Shown here: positions 38,830 to 49,428 of the stretch, one piece after another
How positions within the stretch are numbered: position 1 is the stretch's first letter
How the letters are laid out: every line of letters begins with the position of its first letter
DNA from: an uncultured Gammaproteobacteria bacterium
GTDB lineage: Bacteria > Patescibacteriota > Patescibacteriia > VMEV01 > CAYQCH01
DNA length: 64,000 nt
NCBI GenBank assembly: GCA_964352335.1
Contig: CAYGRO010000002.1
Coordinates: forward strand, 13,138 to 77,137
Direction: 5' to 3'
The notes under the pieces: model-generated
The model's input: only the letters and a program-made list of their open reading frames with translations
Databases searched by the model: none
What the model was told of the DNA's origin: nothing
Position numbers and translations under genes: made by a program

Positions 38830-39936
38830 TCAAAAAATGCCTTTAATTGAATCTACTATTCCACCACCATAGGTAGAGATATCTTTGATGGTAATCAAAA
38901 GAATCAGCAAGAGAAGAAAGATAAAACCTGAAGTATGTATAATATTTTCCAATCGGATGCTTACTTTTTTTCGGCGGATTTTTTCAATAATAACAAGAGC
39001 TAATCTTCCTCCATCTAATGCTGGTAAAGGCAAAATATTGATGACAGCTAGATTAAGGGAAAGCAAAGCAGCAAATTGTAATAATTGTGCAAATCCTTGT
39101 TTGGCAACCTGACCTGTAATAACAGCAATACCAATTGGACCTGCAATATCAGCTGGCGCAGAACCAGTTGTTACTAATTGAACAAGTAAAGCACCGAAGG
39201 CTGTGATAATCATCCATAACAGCTCTGCTGTTCTTGCTATTCCTAAAAATGGAGCAATATACCAAGGGTAAGAAACCATTGCTGTGTTTGCTAAACCAAT
39301 ACCTATTCCTTTTTTCTCTAAACCATCTAATTGTTCAGGCTTAACCAATACTGCTTGAGTTGAATTATTTCGAACAATTGTGATTTTATATTCTTCCTGT
39401 TCCGAATTCAAAATAGTAGAAAGTTCCTCAACTGATGAAACGGAAATATCATTTATAGAAATAAACTCATCAGCAATTTCAATTCCAGCCCTTTCCGCTG
39501 GTGCCCCTGGTAATAATTGGACAATTTGTAGTTTTTTATCCGAGATAATTGCTGATTCAGGTAGCTTTGTATCATCTAAAATAGTTGGTGAACCAAATAG
39601 AAGTCCGATAGAAATAAGAACATATCCTAAAAGAATATTCATTAAAACTCCGGCAGATAAAATAAGGGATTTCCAGGCAAATGATTTGTTCACAAAGCTT
39701 CTTGGGTCTTCTGATGTTTCACCATTCTCTCCTTTGATTTTTACATACCCTCCAAGTGGAAGTGCGTTTAACGCATATTTTGTTTCCCCTTTTTTGATGG
39801 AATAAACTGTAGGAGGAAAACCAATGCCAAATTCTTCTACACGACACCCAGCTTTCTTCGCAGCAAAAAAATGACCAAGCTCATGAACAATGACAAGGAC
39901 TCCTAAAACGACGACAAAAATAAGAAATGTAAGCAT
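38830..39936 (-). CDS. rseP: RIP metalloprotease RseP (site-2 protease)
   Basis: HELGHFFAAK HExxH in TM1, PDZ domain and LNLAVINILPLPALDGG LDG motif. Confidence 0.85.
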   Translation of the reverse strand: MLTFLIFVVVLGVLVIVHELGHFFAAKKAGCRVEEFGIGFPPTVYSIKKGETKYALNALPLGGYVKIKGENGETSEDPRSFVNKSFAWKSLILSAGVLMNILLGYVLISIGLLFGSPTILDDTKLPESAIISDKKLQIVQLLPGAPAERAGIEIADEFISINDISVSSVEELSTILNSEQEEYKITIVRNNSTQAVLVKPEQLDGLEKKGIGIGLANTAMVSYPWYIAPFLGIARTAELLWMIITAFGALLVQLVTTGSAPADIAGPIGIAVITGQVAKQGFAQLLQFAALLSLNLAVINILPLPALDGGRLALVIIEKIRRKKVSIRLENIIHTSGFIFLLLLILLITIKDISTYGGGIVDSIKGIF

Positions 39937-39961
39937 GGTATCTTTTAGTTAATAAAGTCTA

Positions 39962-40516
39962 TTAAATTGTCATGATTTGTTTTTCTTTCTCTTCTGCAAG
40001 CTGACCAACTTCCTTTGATTTAGCATTCGTAAAATCATCTAATTGTTTTAGATACTTGAATTTTTCATCTTCAGAAATTTCTTTTTCTTTTTCAGCATCT
40101 AAAATGAGTTCTTTTACTTTATCTCGCAATTGACGAAGGGCTACTTTTGCAGCTTCTGCTTTCTTTCCTACTACTTTTACAAGATCCTTTCGATTTTCTT
40201 CCGACATTGGAGGCATTGGTAGACGAATAACTTCTCCATCATTAACAGGTGAAAAACCTAAATTTGACTCAATAATAGCTTTTTCAATCCCCTTTAAAAC
40301 TGTTTTGTCCCAAGGTGCAATCAATAGTGTTTTTTGATCTGGGGCTGTAATGGTAGCAACTTGATTCAATGGCATTGTTGATTCATATGCCATGACTTTA
40401 ACTCCATCTAATACATCTGGGTTCGCATGACCAGATCTAAGATGAGATAATTCTTGTGAAAAATGAGTAATTGTCTCTGAAAAGGCTCTTTTCTTTTGAT
40501 CAATAAATGGGTTCAT
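39962..40516 (-). CDS. frr: ribosome recycling factor
   Basis: 184 aa. Overall RRF similarity (VRLPMPPMSEENRKDLVK...). Confidence 0.9.
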   Translation of the reverse strand: MNPFIDQKKRAFSETITHFSQELSHLRSGHANPDVLDGVKVMAYESTMPLNQVATITAPDQKTLLIAPWDKTVLKGIEKAIIESNLGFSPVNDGEVIRLPMPPMSEENRKDLVKVVGKKAEAAKVALRQLRDKVKELILDAEKEKEISEDEKFKYLKQLDDFTNAKSKEVGQLAEEKEKQIMTI

Positions 40517-40548
40517 AGAGATATTCGTTAAGTTGATGATTTATACCA

Positions 40549-41604
40549 TTATTCTTGCTTTGTGCCAATATAGACTTTTCCTGAAGCATAGTTATCAGGA
40601 AGGATGATTGATGTAGGAAAAGCTGCTAGAAATGGAATAGTTGTCCACGTTTGTCCAAAATTCTTGCTTTGGTAAAAAACAGTTGGAGTCGCATAATAGA
40701 TATTTCCTCGATTTAATGGATCCCAGGCAATTGCTCGAATTTGCTTTTTATCACTTGCTGTTAATAATTCTAATTGTTTCCATACTGGTGGTGATGAAGT
40801 GCTTGTATACAACCCCTGAGAGGTATGCACGAGCATATCATCTGGATTGCCTTGATGAACAATCAAATTTCTATAGATAAGCGGATTTGTAAATTCATCT
40901 ATTGGCCTTTGAATCGATTCCGTTATTTCTGACCAATTGACTCCATTATCAAGTGAACGATAAACCCCTTCTTCGGGCAAGACAACATAAATTCGCTGTC
41001 TACTATTTTTTGCGAGAACTATTTTAGAGATGATTTCTTTAAAATGGTGAACGGCAGACCAACTATTCCCTAAGTCAACGGTTTTTAACAATTCACCCGT
41101 TATTACAGAAGCATAAATGATATTTTTATCTAATGGATCTATCAAAACATCTGTAATAAGACTTCCATTTGGATTTGTATACACTAATTTCCAAATTTTT
41201 CCTTGATCAGTGCTTAGATAAAGTTGATGTAGTCGAGCTGCAATTAGTATAGAATTATCTGTATCAGCAATTGAAAAGGCTTGGATTTGTCCAGATGTTG
41301 TTATTGGAGACCATAGATCACCATTATTTTCTGAAACAAAAAGGCCTTGTGCACCTGTAGCCGCATAGAGTCGAGAACTTACCTTCGTATCCATTTGTAA
41401 ATCGAAAATAGATTCACGCGATAAAAGTGATGGAGTGAATTGTGGGTCAATCGTATTTGAAGCTAGCCAAGTTGTACCAAAATCTTCTGAACGATAAACT
41501 CCCGCTTGTGACCGCCCAGTATTTGGACAAGACGCACCTAAGAAAACAAGTGCGGAAAGAAGGATGGAAAGTTGTAGTGTTTTTAAATTAAACATGTAAG
41601 GCAA
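40549..41604 (-). CDS. secreted BNR/Asp-box repeat beta-propeller protein
   Basis: Signal peptide, then six SxDxGxTW-type repeats (SEDFGTTW, SENNGDLW, STDQGKIW, TVDLGNSW, SLDNGVNW, SKNFGQTW). Confidence 0.6.
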   Translation of the reverse strand: MPYMFNLKTLQLSILLSALVFLGASCPNTGRSQAGVYRSEDFGTTWLASNTIDPQFTPSLLSRESIFDLQMDTKVSSRLYAATGAQGLFVSENNGDLWSPITTSGQIQAFSIADTDNSILIAARLHQLYLSTDQGKIWKLVYTNPNGSLITDVLIDPLDKNIIYASVITGELLKTVDLGNSWSAVHHFKEIISKIVLAKNSRQRIYVVLPEEGVYRSLDNGVNWSEITESIQRPIDEFTNPLIYRNLIVHQGNPDDMLVHTSQGLYTSTSSPPVWKQLELLTASDKKQIRAIAWDPLNRGNIYYATPTVFYQSKNFGQTWTTIPFLAAFPTSIILPDNYASGKVYIGTKQE

Positions 41605-42592
41605 AAGACTCGAGTTGAAGTCTTAGATTAGTACTTGTCGTGATTTGAAATAAAATATCTGAGAGCTGATCTTGTGCAGTAATAATTTTTTCATCAGTAA
41701 GGTTCTCAAACTGTAAACCAGAAAGCTCCGTGAAGAATAAGAGATCTGTTCTTTGTAATTTTAGCATAAGTAAGTCTCTTAGGAGTACTTTCCATAATTC
41801 AATTCTCTCATTCCATATTTTTTTTTGTTCACTAGGAGTCTTTTTTTTCTCTTTAAATAACGTTTCAATAATCTTTAGTCGTTTTCCAGGAGTCGTAGAG
41901 ATAAATTGAATAAAAAGCTCTCTTTCTTCGTTGAGTGATGATAATGCTGTTTCATCATGAACGAATTCTTGATAATTCCCTGGTAATTGTCTCGATTTTT
42001 GCCATAATTTTAGATCACCAGGATATTCATCTGGTGAAATTGCAGTAAATTCTATGACAGAACAACGCGAAATAATGGTTTTAGGTAATCGTGCAGGATA
42101 GCGAGAGAGTAGAAAAATGGCACAAGAAGCGGGTGGCTCTTCTAATGTTTTTAATAAAGCATTGCTTGCTCCATTCGACATTAAATCAGCATCATCAATG
42201 ACAAGATACTTTCGTTCCCCCATAACAGCAGATCTATAGGATTGTTGAATAGCAGTTCTTATCAATTCAACTGATAGATTTTGCTTGTCTTCTGGTTTAG
42301 CCACAAATAAGACATCTGGATGAGATCCTTGAAGAATCATTTTACAAGAATGACATTGTTCACAAGCGAGCTTATTAGTTGTTTGTTCTCCACCAAAAAG
42401 TGAATCTGAGGCGTCTTGAGTACAGAGAAACGACTGAATGAGCGCTGAAACTACTGTTCGTTTCCCTATTCTGGCTGGACCGCTAAATAAATAGCTCTGA
42501 CCTAGTGAGTTTTGGTCATGCAGATTTTGAAAATAGGAGATGATTTTGCTATGGCCAATGAGCTCAGGCATATGAAATCTATTTTGTAGCAA
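41588..42592 (-). CDS. holB: DNA polymerase III subunit delta'
   Basis: GQSYLFSGPARIGKRT P-loop-like region. Zinc-module cysteines CEQCHSC. SRC-like SRCSVIEF segment. Confidence 0.75.
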   Translation of the reverse strand: MLQNRFHMPELIGHSKIISYFQNLHDQNSLGQSYLFSGPARIGKRTVVSALIQSFLCTQDASDSLFGGEQTTNKLACEQCHSCKMILQGSHPDVLFVAKPEDKQNLSVELIRTAIQQSYRSAVMGERKYLVIDDADLMSNGASNALLKTLEEPPASCAIFLLSRYPARLPKTIISRCSVIEFTAISPDEYPGDLKLWQKSRQLPGNYQEFVHDETALSSLNEERELFIQFISTTPGKRLKIIETLFKEKKKTPSEQKKIWNERIELWKVLLRDLLMLKLQRTDLLFFTELSGLQFENLTDEKIITAQDQLSDILFQITTSTNLRLQLESFALHV

Positions 42593-43592
42593 GGACAGAT
42601 CGTTTATAAGAGTCGAGGTTTTCTAAAGCAATACCAGTACCACGTGCCACACAAAGTAATGAGTCATCAGCAACATAGCCTGAAACACCCGTTGCACGAG
42701 TGAATAATTTATCGATATTTCGTAGAAGACTAGATCCCCCAGAAAAAATCATTCCTTTATCCATGACATCTGCTGATAATTCTGGTGGAGTTTTTTGTAA
42801 AACATCTTTTGTCGCTTGAATAATCCCTTCTAATTGAGGTTGAATCGCTTCTGTAATATCGTCTGAACTAATTCTAATTGTTTTTGGCAATCCTGTAATC
42901 ATATCTCGCCCTCGAACATCCGTATAAAGTTTGTCATCTAAATACAAAGCTGATCCAATCTTAATCTTAACTTGTTCTGCTGTTTGCTCCCCTACAGCTA
43001 ATCCATATTTTTTTCTCAAATGTTCTGAAACAGCTTGGTCTAATTTATTTCCACCAATACGCACCGATGTTGATGCTACAATTCCACCAAGAGAAATGAC
43101 CGCAATTTCGGCAGTTCCACCACCAATGTCGACAATCATATGACCAGATGCACCACCAATAGGGATATTTGCTCCAATAGCGGCAGCTACGGGTTCTTTG
43201 ATAATATAAGCGGCTTTGGCTCCAGCAGCGATGGTCGCATCGATAACAGCACGTCTTTCTGTAGAAGTAATTCCAGCAGGAACAGCCACCATTACTTCGG
43301 GACGCAAAAATCGTAAACCACCTAAAGCTTTGTTAATAAAGTATCGTAACATCGCTTCTGTCGTTTTATAATCAGCAATTACTCCATCTTTTAATGGACG
43401 AGAAGCAACAATTGTTTCTGGTGTTCGCCCAAGCATTTCTTTGGCTTCAGCACCAACAGCTAGAACTTTTTTATCTAATGTTGAAATGGCAACAACAGAT
43501 GGTTCATTAATAACTATTCCACGTTTAGGGATATACACCAAAACATTAGTTGTACCAAGATCAATTCCAATTTTTTTCACGAATAATGACAT
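42579..43592 (-). CDS. MreB-like actin homolog (second paralog)
   Basis: KIGIDLGTTNVLVYIPKRGIVINEPSVVA and DIGGGTAEIAV motifs. 337 aa. Confidence 0.8.
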   Translation of the reverse strand: MSLFVKKIGIDLGTTNVLVYIPKRGIVINEPSVVAISTLDKKVLAVGAEAKEMLGRTPETIVASRPLKDGVIADYKTTEAMLRYFINKALGGLRFLRPEVMVAVPAGITSTERRAVIDATIAAGAKAAYIIKEPVAAAIGANIPIGGASGHMIVDIGGGTAEIAVISLGGIVASTSVRIGGNKLDQAVSEHLRKKYGLAVGEQTAEQVKIKIGSALYLDDKLYTDVRGRDMITGLPKTIRISSDDITEAIQPQLEGIIQATKDVLQKTPPELSADVMDKGMIFSGGSSLLRNIDKLFTRATGVSGYVADDSLLCVARGTGIALENLDSYKRSVLATK

Positions 43593-43593
43593 A

Positions 43594-45468
43594 TCAGGGT
43601 TTGAATTTTAGTGTATAAGTAGTATCTCGTAGTGGGCTATCTGTAAAGAATAATTTTTTGTTTGCTTCTGTTTCATAAGAAACAGCTGATGGAGCAAAGG
43701 AGAATAATTCCTTTTGTGATTGAATAGAAAACGTTGTTTCAATAGGAGCGACACCAGATTGCTTTTGAATAAGTAATGAGTATTTATTTTCTCTCTTTAT
43801 CTTCTCCGATAACCAAGCTGGTAATTGATATTCGATTGTGGCGAAACGTTCTTGACCAGGTTCAACAGATACGAATCCAGCAAATACCGTTTTATCAAAT
43901 TCTTCATAGACAGTTGGTCTAATATAATTACTAGATTTATCTTCTTCTACAAAACCAGATGATGAAAGTAATTCTGATCCAAGCGGAGTATAGATTCTTG
44001 TATAAGTCCGATATCTTGTCGTTCGATAATCAAAGAATCCATTGTTTTTGTAGCGAATCGTAATGCGTCCCTTCCATGTACCATTATCATCTTGTATCAG
44101 CGTATACTCATGTTTTCTTTCAACTAATCGATCGGTCTTTAAAGCACCTAAATTGGCATCGAAAACACCGATAAAATCAGTCTTCTCTTGTCTTAATAGA
44201 CCTGCCCATTCTTTAGATTCAATAAAGGATTGCAATTGTGGATCTGAAGTATAAACGAGAATTTCTTTCCGGTCTAATACGTCTAAGGAAATCGAAGCAA
44301 ATTCAAGAAATTGGTCACTTGAGAAGTTAAAAACACGCTGTAATAAGGCTTGGGCCAAATCATTAATAATGGTTTTTCTCTGCTCATCTGTAAGTCCAAT
44401 GCGCCAAAATTCTTGTTCTACACGATGTTGAATGGCGTCAATTAAATTATTTTCATCAAATACAATGGAATCAACTTCTATTGGACCTGTGAATTTTAAG
44501 AATTCTTGGATAAGAGATGGTGTAACAGCAATAACCGTATCTATCCCCTCTTCTCTTGTTTCAAATTCATAAAGCTTGATTGCTTGTTTAGCTGATGTAG
44601 GAAAATCTGGTGACCAATTTGCATCTCTAAAATACCAAAAATTTACATCTGCGTATTTCTGAATCGGTTCAGGTGCTTCATACTCTTCTCTGCCTAAAGC
44701 AAAGACATCCACATTGTAAACATCTTCTGTATAAAATTGTTCTAAGACACCTTTATTGAATCTAATTCTTCCGAATGAACCGATAAAACCACCAGTCGGA
44801 CGTAATTCATGGGGATTCTGTAATAGAACTAGTATATCGTGTGGCTGTTCAGCACCAAGCATTGTTGGTAATTGCTCTAAAAATGGTTTGTAATTTTCAA
44901 CGAATTGAACAAAGTCAGCATCCAATAATTGTTTTTGAAGTAATCTAATTTCTGATTGAATAGATGCTGGAAATAATTCGATATGAAGATTTTCAATTTC
45001 AATTGCCGCCAATTCTAAATGTTCAATTGCTTCCATAATATCCTCATGGACAGATAAATAAGCTGCCGGAGCTGTTTTTAAATCAATTGAGTCTAAAGAA
45101 AGTGATTGACTAATCGTTGATTCCACTAATTGATTGGCAATAAAGTCTAGTGATGCCGTTAAATTAACTCCTGCAGATAAGAGTTCTTCATAAACAATAT
45201 AATCAGAATTGAAAGGAGGAATATACCGTACCCAAAATGAAGGTTTTTGCAATTTTTGTGCAGTTTGTAAGTGTTTTGTCGTATTTGATAATTCTACAAA
45301 TGCGCGGTCATATTCTTTGGCTTGCAAGGCATTAAAGGCAAGATTAATTGAATCTTTCGCTTGTAATGCCTGACGAGCACTGAACACAAATAGAATGGCG
45401 CTTATAGCAATTGATGCTAAAAGTACAATTGTGGATGTAATCAATAATGCTTTTGTTATTGGTTTCAT
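43594..45468 (-). CDS. membrane-anchored hypothetical protein (possibly DUF4012-like)
   Basis: N-terminal TM helix and a large extracytoplasmic domain. Heads a glycosyltransferase cluster. Confidence 0.35.
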   Translation of the reverse strand: MKPITKALLITSTIVLLASIAISAILFVFSARQALQAKDSINLAFNALQAKEYDRAFVELSNTTKHLQTAQKLQKPSFWVRYIPPFNSDYIVYEELLSAGVNLTASLDFIANQLVESTISQSLSLDSIDLKTAPAAYLSVHEDIMEAIEHLELAAIEIENLHIELFPASIQSEIRLLQKQLLDADFVQFVENYKPFLEQLPTMLGAEQPHDILVLLQNPHELRPTGGFIGSFGRIRFNKGVLEQFYTEDVYNVDVFALGREEYEAPEPIQKYADVNFWYFRDANWSPDFPTSAKQAIKLYEFETREEGIDTVIAVTPSLIQEFLKFTGPIEVDSIVFDENNLIDAIQHRVEQEFWRIGLTDEQRKTIINDLAQALLQRVFNFSSDQFLEFASISLDVLDRKEILVYTSDPQLQSFIESKEWAGLLRQEKTDFIGVFDANLGALKTDRLVERKHEYTLIQDDNGTWKGRITIRYKNNGFFDYRTTRYRTYTRIYTPLGSELLSSSGFVEEDKSSNYIRPTVYEEFDKTVFAGFVSVEPGQERFATIEYQLPAWLSEKIKRENKYSLLIQKQSGVAPIETTFSIQSQKELFSFAPSAVSYETEANKKLFFTDSPLRDTTYTLKFKP

Positions 45469-45470
45469 GT

Positions 45471-46286
45471 TTATTTGGTCTTAGAGTTCCCTCTATATTT
45501 ATGTAAATAACGCAACCAATCTTTAATATGAATTCTTGTTGCCTTACTTGTTAAACTTTTAAATCCTCGTTTATGCGCCGATTCACGATGATAATAATGA
45601 ATCGCATTAACCCCTGTATAATAATACACTTTCCAACCAGCGTCCCAACATCTTCTACACCAATCTACATCTGTGAAGTAGAGGAAAAATCGTTCATCTA
45701 ATAAACCAATTTTTTCTAATGCTTCTCGGCGTATTGTAAGACAAGATCCTTGTACCCAATCTACTTCGCGACAAGTTTTTCTATCCCACTCACTCATGAC
45801 AAAGTGATCGATATGTTTTTTTCCAAAACGGGTTTTTTGCAATAAGGAATTTCGCTGAAATATTGGTGTAAATAATTTCAAAAACCTCCAAGCACCTGGC
45901 TGTAAACTTCCATCTGGGTTTTTTAATTGTACAGTTGTCATTCCAACTTCCTTATTCTCATCCATGAATTCGATTAATTGATCGAAAATAGGTTCTAAAA
46001 AAACAACATCAGGGTTGATAATCATTATATGTCGACCAGTGCTTTCTTTAATTCCGATATTATTCCCTTTTGCATGACCATAGTTTTTCCCTGATTGAAT
46101 ATAGCGCACTTCCGGAAATTGAGTAGAAACAAGTTCCTCGCTTCCGTCGCCACTATTATTATCAACCACAATAACTTCAATAGCTTTATTGACTGGGTGC
46201 TCAAAAATACTTTTAAGACAGTTTTTTACCAAACCGCCCATTTTATAATTGAGGATGATAATGGATAAATCTGGTTGACTAGACAT
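45471..46286 (-). CDS. family 2 glycosyltransferase
   Basis: LSIIILNYKMGG...VIVVDNNSGDGS, the GT-A DxD-region signature. Confidence 0.8.
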   Translation of the reverse strand: MSSQPDLSIIILNYKMGGLVKNCLKSIFEHPVNKAIEVIVVDNNSGDGSEELVSTQFPEVRYIQSGKNYGHAKGNNIGIKESTGRHIMIINPDVVFLEPIFDQLIEFMDENKEVGMTTVQLKNPDGSLQPGAWRFLKLFTPIFQRNSLLQKTRFGKKHIDHFVMSEWDRKTCREVDWVQGSCLTIRREALEKIGLLDERFFLYFTDVDWCRRCWDAGWKVYYYTGVNAIHYYHRESAHKRGFKSLTSKATRIHIKDWLRYLHKYRGNSKTK

Positions 46287-47148
46287 ATCGGCGTTTAATC
46301 ATTTTAGGGGCTTGTTCAATTACTTCTGGTACAACAGTGAGGGTTTTAGGAGAAGTAATTAAGAGAAAGCAGAATTTCAATAATTCATAGACAGCAATAA
46401 CAGGTAAATTTAGAAATCTTGCATGTTTAAATAGTATAAATAAATGATTTTTGTAGGAATTCTTTTTGATATATTCAGCTCTATACAATCGAGAACTTTG
46501 TTTAGAACCTGTTCTTTGATGATACCCAATCGCTTTAGAAGCAAATTGTGCTTTCCATCCCTTTTTATTTAATCGTTCAGCAATGTCGACATCTTCTTTA
46601 TACATAAAAAAGCTTTCATCAAAGTATTCCTTGTTTTCGTAGGCAATCGAATCTAAAGCTTTTCTTCGATAGAGCGCACAAGATCCACTTATCCCCCAGA
46701 CAGTTTGATCCGTTGAATCATTGCGCTCTTTGTATGCGTAAAAAAACAGTTTCTTGATCCCTGTTGTATCAATAATATCTTCATTTTTGGAAAAATAAAG
46801 CTTTGGACCAATAGATCCTATTGATTGATCTGTTGTAAAGGACATTATTTCTTCTAATGCATTTGGCTTAAGCTCAACATCTTGATTCAATACAAGAATC
46901 CATGGTGTATCTGATTGGTTGATGACAATATTATGTGCTTTACCAAAACCAAGATTTTCATTCTGTTCGATAAATTGCACTTCAGGATAGCTCTTTTTTA
47001 TTCGTTCAATAGTTCCATCTGAAGAATGATTATCAATAATCTGAATTTCAAAATCTCGAAATGTTTGTGCTCTGAGAGAATCTAAACAAGAGACAAGATC
47101 ATTGCCTGGATTATAGGTAACAATACTAATGGTAAGTGTTTTAGACAT
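46279..47148 (-). CDS. family 2 glycosyltransferase
   Basis: ISIVTYNPGNDLVSCLDSL...IQIIDNHSSDGT. Confidence 0.8.
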   Translation of the reverse strand: MSKTLTISIVTYNPGNDLVSCLDSLRAQTFRDFEIQIIDNHSSDGTIERIKKSYPEVQFIEQNENLGFGKAHNIVINQSDTPWILVLNQDVELKPNALEEIMSFTTDQSIGSIGPKLYFSKNEDIIDTTGIKKLFFYAYKERNDSTDQTVWGISGSCALYRRKALDSIAYENKEYFDESFFMYKEDVDIAERLNKKGWKAQFASKAIGYHQRTGSKQSSRLYRAEYIKKNSYKNHLFILFKHARFLNLPVIAVYELLKFCFLLITSPKTLTVVPEVIEQAPKMIKRRYV

Positions 47149-47153
47149 AGAAT

Positions 47154-47408
47154 TTATTCACATTCAATCCAACCTCGATCTTGTAAATCACTTTTATCAA
47201 AATATTCTTCGTCATCAGTTTTATTATCTGGCCCAGTGACACTTGGTACTTGTCTCATTTCCCCAGTTTCAGGATTACACATATCAACAATATCGGCCGT
47301 GCTTAAATAAAATTCTGGATCAGGTTCTTCATATGAATAGAATTTGTATCCAATGTACGAAGCAGAAACAAGAATTACGAAGATGATAGCAATTGTTTGT
47401 TTTTTCAT
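47154..47408 (-). CDS. small secreted/membrane-anchored hypothetical protein
   Basis: 84 aa with an N-terminal hydrophobic segment and an acidic C-terminus. Confidence 0.35.
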   Translation of the reverse strand: MKKQTIAIIFVILVSASYIGYKFYSYEEPDPEFYLSTADIVDMCNPETGEMRQVPSVTGPDNKTDDEEYFDKSDLQDRGWIECE

Positions 47409-47424
47409 ATAGAGATGATAATAA

Positions 47425-48918
47425 TTATTTACGAACCTTCTCTGTAACCCAGAACCCTAAATACTTCCCTGTCATTAATCTTGTTTGTGCGGCGATTGCA
47501 GGAATAGCTCCCCAGATAATTAAAGTAATTGGTAAAAATGCCCATTGAATAATCATGGCTAAATGTCTCCATTTTGAATAATTTTCTGGTCTTGGTGGCA
47601 AAAGCAATAAGCTGAAAAAACCAGTGACAAAAATTCCGACCATGCTTAGGCCTAGAATATTTTCCAAAATAAAGGGACTCGCTTGTGCTAATGCCGTTGA
47701 CTCAATATGTGCTGGAGCAACATAAAAAGGTAAATACCCTAAAACCACAAGAACCACCGGCACAGTTGCCCATGAATACATTCCTTCTGTTAAGTTGATG
47801 AGATATTTCATTTTCTTTTGGAAAGGAATTCCATGGTCACGTTTGAAAAAATGCCAAACCATATACGGAAAATGTTCGGTTCCATAGGCCCATCGTCTTT
47901 GTTGTTTATACAAATTTTTCACAGCCCCCATATAGGTTTCCGCTTGAACAGAATCCATAGAAATAGGTACATACATTGGAGTCACCGTGAAATCGCCTTT
48001 ATAGTGAATAAAACATTGTAAAAAAATACGAGAATCATCGGTTACGATATCTCTTTGCCAAAACCCGACATCAACGAGTGCTTTCATACTCATCGCATGA
48101 GAAGAAAAGGTGAATAATCGATCTGGACGCGCAAGGTCGGTCATTAACCAAAAGGTTGTTCCAAAAGCAGCAATACGAGCAAAAAACGGAGATTCCCAAA
48201 TATTATTATTGTACAAAACGACTGGTTGATATGCCGTTCGAGTTGGGTTTGGGACAGTGAGGTATTTATAAGTCAAAGAACTAAAATATTCTTTATGAAC
48301 AACAGTATCAACGTCAAAATAGGAAACAATTACATCTTCATATGCAATACCTTTTTCGTCCAAAAGATCTTTAGCGATATGACCAGCCCAATGCGCATTC
48401 GCTCCTTTTCCTTTCATTTCCCCGGTAATACCATCTGGATGTTCCGTGGTCACAATATCCATGAAAATATCTTTGTATTTATCATAAATTCTTTGTGGCA
48501 CATCTTTTGTTTCATCCCCAGCCCGTTCTTCTTTACTAATCACAAGCATGATTTTATCACTAGGATAATCTGCATTACGATATGATTCAATCGATGTTTC
48601 TAATACTTCATAGGATTCTTCATAAGTTGGAAGAATAACCAAATGATACAATTCTCTTGTTGAATCTTTTGTAACCTCTTTAAGCATTGCATTCCATGGC
48701 TGGCTTATTTCTGATTTATACCGTCTCCATCCAATGAATGTAAAAATAACAAAATAGATTACACGAAAAAACCACAGTAAAGCGAAAATGAGGATAAAGC
48801 TCATCACCCATAATGGTTTTACGAAACTGAAAAAAATTGTCCCAATAAAAGTAGACCAGATTAAAATACCTGGGATCATTTCTAAAAGTCGATATTGTTT
48901 AACAGGATTTATGATCAT
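47425..48918 (-). CDS. membrane-embedded processive family 2 glycosyltransferase (polysaccharide synthase; cellulose/chitin/NodC-like)
   Basis: VILPTYEES...DKIMLVISKEE and GKGANAHWAGH in the GT-A region. QQRRWAYG is the Q(Q/R)xRW motif of processive GT2 synthases. TM helices at both ends. Confidence 0.7.
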   Translation of the reverse strand: MIINPVKQYRLLEMIPGILIWSTFIGTIFFSFVKPLWVMSFILIFALLWFFRVIYFVIFTFIGWRRYKSEISQPWNAMLKEVTKDSTRELYHLVILPTYEESYEVLETSIESYRNADYPSDKIMLVISKEERAGDETKDVPQRIYDKYKDIFMDIVTTEHPDGITGEMKGKGANAHWAGHIAKDLLDEKGIAYEDVIVSYFDVDTVVHKEYFSSLTYKYLTVPNPTRTAYQPVVLYNNNIWESPFFARIAAFGTTFWLMTDLARPDRLFTFSSHAMSMKALVDVGFWQRDIVTDDSRIFLQCFIHYKGDFTVTPMYVPISMDSVQAETYMGAVKNLYKQQRRWAYGTEHFPYMVWHFFKRDHGIPFQKKMKYLINLTEGMYSWATVPVVLVVLGYLPFYVAPAHIESTALAQASPFILENILGLSMVGIFVTGFFSLLLLPPRPENYSKWRHLAMIIQWAFLPITLIIWGAIPAIAAQTRLMTGKYLGFWVTEKVRK

Positions 48919-48921
48919 GTA

Positions 48922-49389
48922 TTAAAGTGTTGAAATTTGATTTAAACCGATGATAACGAGAGCAGCTAAGGTAATAAACTGGAGAACAAGTGTCATTAAA
49001 ATAATTCTTCCTCGTCTTCTACGAGCAAATAGAATTGGTAAAAAAACACCGAGCAAAAATGTCACGGTAATAGATAATGGAATCCCAATACGCCATAATG
49101 AACTTTCGTATTGAATAAGTCCTTGATTATAAGGTGTTCCAAATACTTTATTTACCAAAAAAGCAGTTGAAAAGCCTCCTAATACAGATAAGGTATAGCT
49201 TAAAAGCATTGGCCAAAAGATCGGTGATCGCTCAGGAGCGAGGCTTCTTGTTGTTTCTACTACTCGTTCTACCATGGGAGATTGCTCTACCGCTGGTATA
49301 TCCTGAAAAGGTTGTTCTTGGGTTTTCATCATAAAATTCCCCAGGTTTTGGGGTGAGTACAATTTACCATAAATAAACAACAAAATCAA
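48922..49389 (-). CDS. hypothetical membrane protein
   Basis: 155 aa with 3 TM helices and no motif. Confidence 0.35.
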   Translation of the reverse strand: MILLFIYGKLYSPQNLGNFMMKTQEQPFQDIPAVEQSPMVERVVETTRSLAPERSPIFWPMLLSYTLSVLGGFSTAFLVNKVFGTPYNQGLIQYESSLWRIGIPLSITVTFLLGVFLPILFARRRRGRIILMTLVLQFITLAALVIIGLNQISTL

Positions 49390-49428
49390 GCCATTTTTAG
49401 CTTGATTTTGTCAAGAAAACTAGGTCAA

